Assembly (NCBI GenBank): GCA_965218975.1
Contig: OZ244717.1
Location: 1 to 64,000 of the forward strand
Length of the DNA stretch: 64,000 bases
Direction of reading: 5' to 3'
DNA from: Candidatus Oxydemutatoraceae bacterium
GTDB lineage: Bacteria > Pseudomonadota > Gammaproteobacteria > Poriferisulfidales > Oxydemutatoraceae
The position numbers were made by a program, and so were the translations under genes. Position 1 is the stretch's first letter. Every line of letters begins with the position of its first letter. The notes beneath the pieces were generated by a model, which worked only from the letters and a program-made list of their open reading frames with translations, was not told where the DNA came from and did no database searches. Of this stretch, positions 42,105-51,016 are shown one piece after another.

Positions 42105-42442
42105 ATGAAAGCCAGTCCATAGTGGAGATAAAAGTTTTCGGCAAAACCTATCATGTTGAATGCTCTTCCGGTGAAAAGGAGAACTTATTCAGAGCGGCAA
42201 ACTACTTAGAGGAGCAAATGCGCCTCATACAAGCAAAAAACCACGGTAGAATTACCGGCGAACGTCTCTTGATAATCACCGCGTTAAACCTCGCCAACGA
42301 TCTACTCACCGCCCGACATATTTTTTCAAAAAATGAAGAAAAGCTAAACCAACATATACAAGAAATCAGTAACAAACTGATTAAAAAAATTACTCGGGAT
42401 AGCATAGATCCGACAACAAAAATTTTTGGAGCAACTCTGTGA
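42101..42442 (+). CDS. zapA: Cell division protein ZapA
   Basis: IKVFGKTYHVEC, L..AA.YL, ERL.IITALNLA. Confidence 0.9.
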   Translation: MNESQSIVEIKVFGKTYHVECSSGEKENLFRAANYLEEQMRLIQAKNHGRITGERLLIITALNLANDLLTARHIFSKNEEKLNQHIQEISNKLIKKITRDSIDPTTKIFGATL

Positions 42443-42610
42443 TGTGCGAAAATATTCGTAATATCTTTGAGCGTATTAATAATCTTCACGGAAATCCTGC
42501 CGAGTGGTGGTGCACATACCCACCATGCTAGGGAGAGTCTAAAGCACTCAATGGGAAAGCACCGCCTTGACATTCGGTTCAAAGTGAATGAATAAAACGA
42601 CATTGTGGAG
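42435..42610 (+). ncRNA. ssrS: 6S RNA
   Basis: Canonical position after zapA; closing stem CTCTGTGATGT/ACATTGTGGAG pairs; recognisable elements TGAGC, GGTGCACAT, CCTTGA..GGTTCAA; about 176 nt. Confidence 0.85.
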
Positions 42611-42706
42611 CTGCTTCAAAGTGAGCGTAGTGCCGACGAATTCTGATCTATTGGTTCAGATGCTGACAGCGCTATAAATCTAAACTTAGTAAGGAGACAT
42701 TTCATT

Positions 42707-42949
42707 ATGGCTACTAAGAGACGCACGAAAAAACGTGCTACTGTAAAAAAGACAACTGCAAAGCGATCGCCGACAAAGAAGCGAGTGACGAAGCGAGTGA
42801 CCGCTAAAAAAAGTAGCGCCGTTAAGAAAAAATCGACAGCAAAGCGCCGTACCACAGTTAAAAAACGCAGCACTGTTAAGAAAAAGTCAACAGCAAAGCG
42901 TCGCGTCGTGCCTACGAAGAGACGTGCAATTAAAAGTAAGAGTCGCTAA
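42707..42949 (+). CDS. Small, extremely basic histone H1/protamine-like (Hc2/Hq1-type) protein
   Basis: 38 of 80 residues K/R, no acidic or aromatic residues; repeated VKKKSTAKRR with synonymous codon differences; AGGAG RBS and its own terminator. Confidence 0.82.
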   Translation: MATKRRTKKRATVKKTTAKRSPTKKRVTKRVTAKKSSAVKKKSTAKRRTTVKKRSTVKKKSTAKRRVVPTKRRAIKSKSR

Positions 42950-42963
42950 ATACGTCATTTGCA

Positions 42964-43584
42964 CTAAAGCCTGGTTTTTAGCAAGCTGGGCTTTTTTGTT
43001 GTGCGTAAATAGTGAGTTAAAAATAATCCCGCAATAACCAGCACTCCACTGAATGCACCATATAGATGTGCTTCCGTAATAACCCGCATTTCAATTAACT
43101 CAGCGGTAGTAGGAGTCGGACCATAAAATGCCTCGTAAACCAATTTTCCGGTAATAAAAAGTAATATAATCCAACCAGTCATAGCGTATCGCGAATGATG
43201 AATATGCAACACCGCGATCACGATTAAAAACCCGTGTAAAATACCCGATAGACCGGTATATGTTTGCAAGTCAGGCAGAAATATTAAGATACCGGAACTA
43301 ACTCCCACCGAACATACCAGCAATGTACACACCCAAACCAATGCTGAACAAACCGATCTGCCGTACAGCCAAATCAGTATCCAAGCAAACAAATTAATCA
43401 ACCAGTGAATAGTGGCAAAATGAGTGAGGTGTCCGGTGATCATACGCCAATATTCTCCGGATAAAATCTCCTGGCGTTGGTAGGCGAATAAATCAAATAT
43501 ATCCTTGAAGAATAAAATGCAGAAAAATACAACTACAATGGCAACATAAGAATTGCCTTCACGTGCCAGTTGCTTAATGCTCAT
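42964..43584 (-). CDS. rrtA: Rhombosortase (rhomboid-family GlyGly-CTERM processing protease)
   Basis: YQRQEILSGEYWRMITGHLTH, YTGLSGILHG (catalytic Ser), KLVYE, EAHLYG (catalytic His); LSG.LHG is the rhombosortase-type variant. Confidence 0.8.
   Translation of the reverse strand: MSIKQLAREGNSYVAIVVVFFCILFFKDIFDLFAYQRQEILSGEYWRMITGHLTHFATIHWLINLFAWILIWLYGRSVCSALVWVCTLLVCSVGVSSGILIFLPDLQTYTGLSGILHGFLIVIAVLHIHHSRYAMTGWIILLFITGKLVYEAFYGPTPTTAELIEMRVITEAHLYGAFSGVLVIAGLFLTHYLRTTKKPSLLKTRL
42966..42997 (+). terminator. Intrinsic terminator after the basic-protein gene (overlaps the rhombosortase 3' end)
   Basis: AAAGCCTGGTTT-loop-AAGCTGGGCTTT stem followed by a T run. Confidence 0.7.
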
Positions 43585-43982
43585 TCGGCAACTTTCTCAA
43601 CTTCCCCGTCTGCAGCAATCCATGCCTTAAAGCCGCCTGCCAAAGTACATACATTATCAATCCCCATTTCTTTCATGCGGTGAGCAGCCAGAGACGACCG
43701 CCCTCCACTAGCGCAGTAGACAACAAATTTCTTGTCTTGACCGAAAGTTTCGTCGTAATAAGGACTAGCCGGATCCACGAGAAACTCCAACATCCCGCGC
43801 GAAGCATGTTCCGCTCCCGCAATTTTACCGCCGGCAATCAGTTCGTGTCGCTCACGAACATCAATAAACTGCACACCGGGATTACTGGTAAGACGCACTA
43901 CCTTCGAAACTTCTATCGCATCTACCTGACTTGCAGCTTCTGCCATAAATTGTTGGAACCCTTTTTTTAATTTCCTTTCCAT
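43581..43982 (-). CDS. Single-domain rhodanese-like protein
   Basis: IDVRE, RGMLEF..DP.SPY, YCASGGRS, LAGGFKAW; GGAGG RBS before the ATG at 43982. Confidence 0.9.
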   Translation of the reverse strand: MERKLKKGFQQFMAEAASQVDAIEVSKVVRLTSNPGVQFIDVRERHELIAGGKIAGAEHASRGMLEFLVDPASPYYDETFGQDKKFVVYCASGGRSSLAAHRMKEMGIDNVCTLAGGFKAWIAADGEVEKVAE

Positions 43983-44055
43983 ATTATTGATACCTCCATG
44001 ATTAAACGCTGATGTGATCGCAATGCATTTTGCTGTTGTATCAGCCGTATATCGG

Positions 44056-44829
44056 TTACATAACACCGCTACCGGAAAAAGTGACTTTCCCTTTGCCGGA
44101 ATTCTGTGCGTAAGCTTTTAATGCCGCAATCAATATCTTATTGTCACTACTCAAATCGGCAAAATAACGATAGCGTGGCCGTCGATCTCCTAAATCAACT
44201 TCCAACTTACCCTCTACCGAAAAAATATCCGTGCCTCCTGTGGTATTAACATCCAACTGTCTGTCTTGAAGCGCTAAATTGACTTTGTAATTCCCCACCT
44301 CTATATCGTTATTGGTAAGGGAGGTAATTGTACCACCAGCGGTAAAATTATCCGGTAGCGGCTGACCCAACTTGTGCGAGAAATCATGAACACTAAACTC
44401 ACCGTTACCACTGATTGATATTAGAGATCTTTTATAGCGAAACGGATAATCCTCTAAATGAATCCGCAGTACCGTATCGGTAATCGCAATTGTACGGCTG
44501 GTTAAAGCATAGATAAAATACCCGTCACCTTCCACTTCGGAACTATCAACCGCGATACACATTCGTATCGGCTGAATACTTGGACACCACTTCCAAAGTA
44601 CTTCAAGAGGTTTATTGAGTCCGGGTATATTCACCGGAGGTTTACTTCGCCAAACGGCTTGCATTTGTCCCGACCAAATTGATCCCGTCACTGAGTTAAC
44701 CTCAAGCTCCTTAGGCAATTGAACTTTGTCCAGCACAAAGCTAATCGGCATGGTCGACAGAAAAATCCCGCCACCTAAAACCAGTAACAATAAAGCAAGC
44801 AATACTTTGCCAATAGCGGCGAACCTCAT
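44056..44829 (-). CDS. gspN: T2SS protein N-like
   Basis: N-terminal TM, GSIWSG motif, position after gspM. Confidence 0.7.
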   Translation of the reverse strand: MRFAAIGKVLLALLLLVLGGGIFLSTMPISFVLDKVQLPKELEVNSVTGSIWSGQMQAVWRSKPPVNIPGLNKPLEVLWKWCPSIQPIRMCIAVDSSEVEGDGYFIYALTSRTIAITDTVLRIHLEDYPFRYKRSLISISGNGEFSVHDFSHKLGQPLPDNFTAGGTITSLTNNDIEVGNYKVNLALQDRQLDVNTTGGTDIFSVEGKLEVDLGDRRPRYRYFADLSSDNKILIAALKAYAQNSGKGKVTFSGSGVM

Positions 44830-44832
44830 CTT

Positions 44833-45330
44833 TTATCCTCCCACAACAATAGTACCGAACAAAAACCCTTTCCTATTCTCCAGGTCTGCTTCAACAATCC
44901 TTTTTCCGCCCAACGATAAAGATTCGAGCCATCGCATGAATTTTGTTCCGGGCGCTTTTTCAATTGCAATTTTGACAAGTTCCTCCTCTCCTTTTTTTAC
45001 AATTTCAGTCGTGTTTTTAACATTGATTTTATCCAACTCGGCGGTGATCTGCCCTTTGATCAATTTTGCCGGCTTTGCAATAGGCAAAACCCCGCCTGCT
45101 TCGGAGCGTAAGCGGTTAAGCAAACGCCCCTGATCCTGTAGCCAGCGATAGCCCTCGTCAGCTGTTTGATGAGCAAGCTGCGCATCACGATAACGATTTA
45201 CAACCGGCGCTACTACTCCGACATAAGCTACGGCGGCACTTACCAAAACAATGAGCAGTATTAATAATTTCTGTTCTCTAGCACTTTTTTCACGCCACCA
45301 TTGCAAAGTACTATCCGAAAGGATTTTCAT
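44833..45330 (-). CDS. gspM: T2SS protein M
   Basis: WW...SAREQ then TM helix, FMRWL; position. Confidence 0.8.
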   Translation of the reverse strand: MKILSDSTLQWWREKSAREQKLLILLIVLVSAAVAYVGVVAPVVNRYRDAQLAHQTADEGYRWLQDQGRLLNRLRSEAGGVLPIAKPAKLIKGQITAELDKINVKNTTEIVKKGEEELVKIAIEKAPGTKFMRWLESLSLGGKRIVEADLENRKGFLFGTIVVGG

Positions 45331-46436
45331 ACTTTCCCTTCTGTTTCTAAAATCAAACGAACTTTTTTCCTGTTTTCTCTGGCGGACAGAGGTTCCGATC
45401 CCACTTTGATGTTCGGTAATTTACTAATTTCTTGCATAACAGAATTAAAATTTTTTGAAGTGCTTACCTCCATTTTAAGAACTTTAGAATCCAATTTGAT
45501 TCTTTCAACTTCACACGCCGCGCATGATGAGAAAATTGGTTCCATTGTAAGCATCAATCGCCAAGGACCCGCCTTGCGCTCTACAACTTCATTCTGTAAC
45601 CGGTCAAGTAATCGTGATAAGTGGACGCGCACGTTTGCACCGCCAAGTTGTTCATCCGGAAAGTATGCGGCAAATATACGCTCGGTCGCTTTTTCCAAAG
45701 TGGCTGCCTGAACATTAAACGAATACGCTTTAATCCGCAATTCGGCAAGAAAAAGAGCCGCCAACACCAGCAGCAGCATCGCTGCCCAATACCAAGGCTT
45801 CAACCACGTCAGAATTAATGAAGTTGGCTTAAAAGCTCCTTGCAAAAGACTAACCGGTAAGGATTGATTCGCCGCTTGTATCATCAATTCTTCAAGACTG
45901 TGCGGCGACGATTCAACACGTACGCGCCAATCTTCAGGTAACGATTGCGGGTTGTCGCTGAAAATCCTTAAATCGGCACCATAAGATTTAACTTCGACAA
46001 TGGAACGCACCCATTCCAAAGACCCACTAATCGTTTCCTGCAAACCAAAACGCAAATAGTAATAATCGTTTTGGCACCAAAGAACAGGACGTTCTGTGTC
46101 TTGGTCAAATGGAATTGCCAAAAAGTCGGGATAAACGACACGTGGTTTAATGCCGCGTTCCGCCAGCGAATCCATCCATTCGCGCATCGCACTTAACGGA
46201 GTGCAAATAACCGGAATTCCTTCGTCTTCCTCCATCTGGCCGATCGCAAAATGCATTGTTTCAACCCTGTTTAATAATTGATCTTCTACTACAAAAGGAA
46301 CGGTTTTTTCCCACACTTGTTTACTTTTTAGCGGCAAATCCGCCCGATAGACAACCATCTGATCAGACGGCACCCAAACGATGTCTTTAGGTCCCGCCAG
46401 ATGATGTAACTCGTTATCGGAATCAATCCGCCACAT
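45327..46436 (-). CDS. gspL: T2SS protein L
   Basis: VPFVVEDQL....MHFA, PD.LA.P, LLQG.F, single TM. Confidence 0.85.
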   Translation of the reverse strand: MWRIDSDNELHHLAGPKDIVWVPSDQMVVYRADLPLKSKQVWEKTVPFVVEDQLLNRVETMHFAIGQMEEDEGIPVICTPLSAMREWMDSLAERGIKPRVVYPDFLAIPFDQDTERPVLWCQNDYYYLRFGLQETISGSLEWVRSIVEVKSYGADLRIFSDNPQSLPEDWRVRVESSPHSLEELMIQAANQSLPVSLLQGAFKPTSLILTWLKPWYWAAMLLLVLAALFLAELRIKAYSFNVQAATLEKATERIFAAYFPDEQLGGANVRVHLSRLLDRLQNEVVERKAGPWRLMLTMEPIFSSCAACEVERIKLDSKVLKMEVSTSKNFNSVMQEISKLPNIKVGSEPLSARENRKKVRLILETEGKV

Positions 46437-46443
46437 AATTGAA

Positions 46444-47751
46444 TTAAGTTCCTTTTACCAAACCGGATTTTGCCGCCTGACATTTTGCGTAATACCCTTT
46501 TCCGAAACGCCTTTGTACTACACTAACTTCTCTATTTTTAATATTGCGGTACATCATAACTTGCATCTCATTTTCGAAACTTCCTGATTTCACTTTAATC
46601 GCGGCGGCGAAATATTCAGTGATAACGCCAATATATTTTCTGTACTTATTACCCCCTTTCCCCCTACGCCAAAAAGTGTACGGAGTATTTTCTTTTTTTT
46701 CATCAGAGCTCAAATTGACCGGATTGCAAAAAACATCCAACCCCGGACTAATGCCGCGGCATAGTTTACTAGAACTCTTAATCGGCGGACTATCCCAAGA
46801 AGAACGATATAGCTCAATGTCGCTTAATATACCACCTAACTCGGAATCAACCGGCTCATCACCGACATGTATACCTGGCAATGCTGCCAATACTTGTCGC
46901 GGCACCGTGTTAATGTTGATTTTCGGATGCACGGGTCTAGTCTTTTCACCCAGCAAATAGGGTCTTGCGGTTAGAATGTCAATGAAATCTCGTGCAGTCT
47001 TATGGCGGAATCCGTTAATCAAATAAATTTCCTCAGGCCATGCCATTCGCATTGCAGCGGTTTGATAAGGCGGAACACGATCGGAGTAATCGCCATTTTC
47101 CGCTCCTTCGGGGCGCACTGCATCATCGCGATCTAACCAATCTTCTAATGAATCCACCAATTGCTGCGGAGTAGGTGTGCTGGGATCAAATTCAGGCCCT
47201 AAATTAGAATTTTCAAATAAATTCAGCAATACGGTTTCCATAAATGTTTGCGTATTCCAAATATTCTTTTTAATGTTCGCGCTGCTCTTACCCCGATTCT
47301 TCACTAACCCCCGATGTAATAGATTGATATCTAACAGACCATTGGCATCCTGTACACAAAATTCAAGCGTAACATTTTGAAATGCTTCAGTATTATCAAA
47401 TCCCTCCAAATTGTGCACGTTGATTTTCCATCGTCGCGACCACAATTCATCAAGCGAATCGCCGACCAATTCTCTTTCTTCATTGAGGGGCGTCCAAGTT
47501 GTGTAGTAATCCGGACGCCTTTTATCCATACTTAATAGTTTAGTAACCAAATTTTCTACTCCGAAAACATGCAAGATCGCTTGCTCTTGGCTGACAATTC
47601 GGGTCGTACGCTGCACCGATATATGCTGGCTCTTCATCAACCACGAAGCTGATGCCGATACCATTGCGACGACTATAAGAACACTAATTAACGCAACGCC
47701 GCGAATCGTTTCAAGCCGATTGTCGAAAATATTCGGAGTAGACTGATTCAT
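46444..47751 (-). CDS. gspK: T2SS minor pseudopilin K (long form)
   Basis: RG/VALISVL prepilin site, DWLD.D....GAE..Y, ININT. Confidence 0.88.
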   Translation of the reverse strand: MNQSTPNIFDNRLETIRGVALISVLIVVAMVSASASWLMKSQHISVQRTTRIVSQEQAILHVFGVENLVTKLLSMDKRRPDYYTTWTPLNEERELVGDSLDELWSRRWKINVHNLEGFDNTEAFQNVTLEFCVQDANGLLDINLLHRGLVKNRGKSSANIKKNIWNTQTFMETVLLNLFENSNLGPEFDPSTPTPQQLVDSLEDWLDRDDAVRPEGAENGDYSDRVPPYQTAAMRMAWPEEIYLINGFRHKTARDFIDILTARPYLLGEKTRPVHPKININTVPRQVLAALPGIHVGDEPVDSELGGILSDIELYRSSWDSPPIKSSSKLCRGISPGLDVFCNPVNLSSDEKKENTPYTFWRRGKGGNKYRKYIGVITEYFAAAIKVKSGSFENEMQVMMYRNIKNREVSVVQRRFGKGYYAKCQAAKSGLVKGT

Positions 47752-48350
47752 TGCATATCCACTCCCGGAAACCAGCGGGTAAATACACCTTCGGCTGTTT
47801 CAATTTCAATAATAATTTTCCCTTGCGGCAAAAATTCATACTCGCGCGGGTCAACCGGGTCCTCGCTATTAATTGCATTTAACGGAGAATCAATCTCCAT
47901 AGTGAATGTATCCACATCTTCCATCAATAAAGCTTTCTGCGGTTCCGTCACTTGTACACGGTCCAAAACCGGCCACACTAAACGGTATAAGTTCCCGTCT
48001 TGCAAACAATAAGAAATACGTTGCAGGCCGGCACGGGCAAAAAATATACTCCCTTCACCGCTGGTTCGAGTAAAACTAACTTCACAGTCTCCGTCCTTTT
48101 GCACAAAAGCTCGCTGCAAATCTCCGAAAGTTCCTCTAATCGGACGCCGTGCAAGATTAATAAAATCATGTAATATGACAGTCCAAGCAACTTGAAACGC
48201 ATTCAAAGAATCGGCATGCCGCTCCACGCGTTCTTGTACTCTTAACGATCCTTCTAATGCTTGAAAAGTCATTGCCGATAAGAAAGCAAAAATTGACATT
48301 GCAATCAGCACTTCGATCAATGTAAACCCGAAAACGGACCGCCGCATCAC
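47748..48350 (-). CDS. gspJ: T2SS minor pseudopilin J
   Basis: G/FTLIEVLIA, RPIR, LQRISY, LYRLVWPVLD. Confidence 0.9.
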   Translation of the reverse strand: MMRRSVFGFTLIEVLIAMSIFAFLSAMTFQALEGSLRVQERVERHADSLNAFQVAWTVILHDFINLARRPIRGTFGDLQRAFVQKDGDCEVSFTRTSGEGSIFFARAGLQRISYCLQDGNLYRLVWPVLDRVQVTEPQKALLMEDVDTFTMEIDSPLNAINSEDPVDPREYEFLPQGKIIIEIETAEGVFTRWFPGVDMQ

Positions 48351-48352
48351 AT

Positions 48353-48766
48353 TTACTCTATCTGCAGAATCGCAGTCATGTTTGCAACCGGTTCGTCCCC
48401 CCTGGAATCCGGCGCATAAACTCTGACTGTGCGTAAAGTTAAAGGGTAACTTAGTTTTCTATCATCGCGCAAATAAAACACCAATTCGCCTATTTGATCA
48501 ACCGCCTCCCACTCCCAATAACCGCTTCCCTGTTCCATTCTCCCACTAGTTTGACACTCTACCTCCTCTTCTTCCGAACGTAACTGCAGATAACATTCCA
48601 TGAACGCGTCCCATGCAATCAGTTGGGCATGATAGCGTTGAGAAATATGCAACTGGAAATTAGTATAGTTCCCGATCGCTCGTAGCGATGCACCGAGTGA
48701 AACAGATAACACCAGCACTGCAATTAGCACTTCGATTAGTGTAAAACCTTGCTTAATACCCTTCAT
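48353..48766 (-). CDS. gspI: T2SS minor pseudopilin I
   Basis: QG/FTLIEVLIA, W.W motif; start set at MKGIKQG. Confidence 0.85.
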   Translation of the reverse strand: MKGIKQGFTLIEVLIAVLVLSVSLGASLRAIGNYTNFQLHISQRYHAQLIAWDAFMECYLQLRSEEEEVECQTSGRMEQGSGYWEWEAVDQIGELVFYLRDDRKLSYPLTLRTVRVYAPDSRGDEPVANMTAILQIE

Positions 48767-49304
48767 TTTCTTGCGGAAGTTTAGCTTCCATTTTTCCGCT
48801 GGAGGTCCAGACAATATTTAAATAAGGCAAGCCCTCAATCAGCAACTCCATTCCTCCGGCGGGTTCCCATAAACCGTTCGTCCAAAATGAGATTTTAGGC
48901 AAAATGCGTTTGGTATTCTCGTCGGATTCTTCTTGCTCTTCAAGATCAATACCGTCGGCAACCATTTTAATCGTCATGGGCGGGTCCCAATCTAAAAGTT
49001 CAATTTCGGTAGCACGCCGCCACGCTCCGGAAATATAAACCAATGGTGTCAGCTTTTGAGCTTTGCGGTCAAATTCAAGTGCGTAAGGATTGCCGGTGAG
49101 TACCGATTCGTTAGAGATATGGCGCATCATGAATTGTAATTCTTTGGCAAAAGTCCGTGCCTTCTGATGTCCGGTCACATCAACCGAGAGCAAAGCAACC
49201 GCTGTCACAATGCTGATAATTATCACGACGACCATGATTTCAATCAAAGTAAAACCACGCACTGTGATTGATTTACATTTTCGCACCATTTGATAGGTAA
49301 TCAT
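48753..49304 (-). CDS. gspH: T2SS minor pseudopilin H
   Basis: RG/FTLIEIMVV; position after gspG. Confidence 0.82.
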   Translation of the reverse strand: MITYQMVRKCKSITVRGFTLIEIMVVVIIISIVTAVALLSVDVTGHQKARTFAKELQFMMRHISNESVLTGNPYALEFDRKAQKLTPLVYISGAWRRATEIELLDWDPPMTIKMVADGIDLEEQEESDENTKRILPKISFWTNGLWEPAGGMELLIEGLPYLNIVWTSSGKMEAKLPQENEGY

Positions 49305-49328
49305 GTCACGCCAAAGAAAAGGCGTCTT

Positions 49329-49353
49329 TTCTCTCCTTTAATTAAAGAGAGAA
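49329..49353. promoter_or_regulatory. Near-perfect palindrome between gspG and gspH
   Basis: TTCTCT(C)CTTTAA/TTAAAGAGAGAA with a single bulge. Confidence 0.5.
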
Positions 49354-49370
49354 TATACAATAGTCATTTC

Positions 49371-49793
49371 TTATTCTTCGAGGTTCCAGTTACCAATATC
49401 AGCATCAAGATCGTTACCCCCCTCAATCCCGTCACGACCGTAGCTATATAAGTCAAACTTTGCTCTTCCGCCGCTACGATGTCCTCCTTTCTGGTACTGG
49501 TAATCGCGCTTCCATGGATCATGAGGAACCCGCTCCAAATATCTAGTATTGCCTGATGCTAGCTCATCTAGTGAATTAGGATAATCGAAATTATCCAGAC
49601 GGTACATATTTAATGCAGTCACAATATTTTGGACGTCAATCTTGGCGGCAACTCTGCGCGCATGATCGGGACGCTCCATAATATTGGGAACAATTAATGC
49701 CGCAAGAATGCCGAGAATAACCACGACAACCATAATTTCAATCAGGGTAAACCCGGATTGTTTGAAATTCTCTGCCATATAACCATACCTCAT
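49371..49793 (-). CDS. gspG: T2SS major pseudopilin G
   Basis: G/FTLIEIMVVVVILG, ALNMYRLDN..YP, DPW..Y.Y, DADIGNW. Confidence 0.95.
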   Translation of the reverse strand: MRYGYMAENFKQSGFTLIEIMVVVVILGILAALIVPNIMERPDHARRVAAKIDVQNIVTALNMYRLDNFDYPNSLDELASGNTRYLERVPHDPWKRDYQYQKGGHRSGGRAKFDLYSYGRDGIEGGNDLDADIGNWNLEE

Positions 49794-49794
49794 A

Positions 49795-50994
49795 TTAAAT
49801 CATTTGATTCATTTCAATAATCGGAACCAGAACAGCCATTACAATCAGCAGCACGATACCGCCCATTATTATAACTAATAAAGGTTCAAAGAGTTTTAAT
49901 GTCGCGTCAATCACGCTTTTTAGACGCTGTTCGTAGTAATCCGCAACTTTAAGCAGCATATTGTCCAAGGTACCGCTGGACTCGCCGCTACTAATCATGT
50001 GAACCAAAAAAGGCGGGAAATATTCGGCTTTTAACAGAGCTTTATGCAAGCTATCCCCTTCACGCACCCAATTGGAAACATCCCTCAAAGAATCGCGCAA
50101 TGCCACATTATGCACCCGCTCGGAAGCAATCAATAGCGATTCCATAATCGGCACACCGCTGCCAAGCAACATTCCCAAACTACGCGACCAACCTGAAACA
50201 TTCGCTAGAATCACAAGATAGCCGATGCGCGGCATCTGCAAAGTAAGCGTATCCCAGTTTTTACGGAATTCCGGCTTACGCAAAGCGAGGCTAAATAACA
50301 CGACAGCAACAAACAAGGTGGTGAACAAGTAGAAGCCGTAGGCTTGCAACCAATTACTGATTGCAATCAACGCCTCGGTTAATGTCGGCAAGGATTGATC
50401 CATATCCGAAAAAACTCGCGTGACTTGCGGGACAACATAAATCAACAGAAGCATAATAACCGTTACCGCAACAGTCAACATCAATACCGGATAAATCAAC
50501 GCGTTGATCAAAGATTGTCGTGCCTTGCCCTGCACTTCAACATCATCCGCCAAGCGGACCAATACTTCTTCGAGATGACCGGTTTCTTCTCCTGCCGCGA
50601 CCGTCGCAACAAAGTCGGGAGGAAAATTGTACGGTGAATTTTTCATCGCGTACGCAAGGCTCCGCCCTTCCGATAACTGGTTCCTGATATTTGAGACCAT
50701 ACGCTTAATTGTCATATTTTCCGCCTGATCCGCCATCAAACGCAAACTCTCTTCCAACGGCATCCCCGAACTCACCAGAGTTGCAAGCTGACGAGTAATC
50801 AGCATCATATCATTGCGGCTGACCCGCTCACGCATTCTGAACAGAGAATGCTCTTCTTTAGCAACAGTAACTTCCATCGGCATCAATCCGTTTTTGCGCA
50901 ACTTCTGGCGAACCGCACGTTCGGAGTCGCCTTCCATCACGCCTTTTTCTGATTTTCCGTGACGATCAAATGCGGTGTAATTGAATGTCTGCAT
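49795..50994 (-). CDS. gspF: T2SS inner-membrane platform protein F
   Basis: TRQLATLV.SG.PL, AGEETG.L, ALIYP, SGESSG.L, EP. Confidence 0.95.
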   Translation of the reverse strand: MQTFNYTAFDRHGKSEKGVMEGDSERAVRQKLRKNGLMPMEVTVAKEEHSLFRMRERVSRNDMMLITRQLATLVSSGMPLEESLRLMADQAENMTIKRMVSNIRNQLSEGRSLAYAMKNSPYNFPPDFVATVAAGEETGHLEEVLVRLADDVEVQGKARQSLINALIYPVLMLTVAVTVIMLLLIYVVPQVTRVFSDMDQSLPTLTEALIAISNWLQAYGFYLFTTLFVAVVLFSLALRKPEFRKNWDTLTLQMPRIGYLVILANVSGWSRSLGMLLGSGVPIMESLLIASERVHNVALRDSLRDVSNWVREGDSLHKALLKAEYFPPFLVHMISSGESSGTLDNMLLKVADYYEQRLKSVIDATLKLFEPLLVIIMGGIVLLIVMAVLVPIIEMNQMI

Positions 50995-51016
50995 TTCTAC
51001 CCAAATATATTGATGA

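Noticed and set aside
42202-42873. Minus-strand ORFs 42202-42603 and 42616-42873
   Set aside because: Antisense to zapA/6S and to the Lys-rich gene (its Phe-rich composition mirrors AAA/AAG codons)
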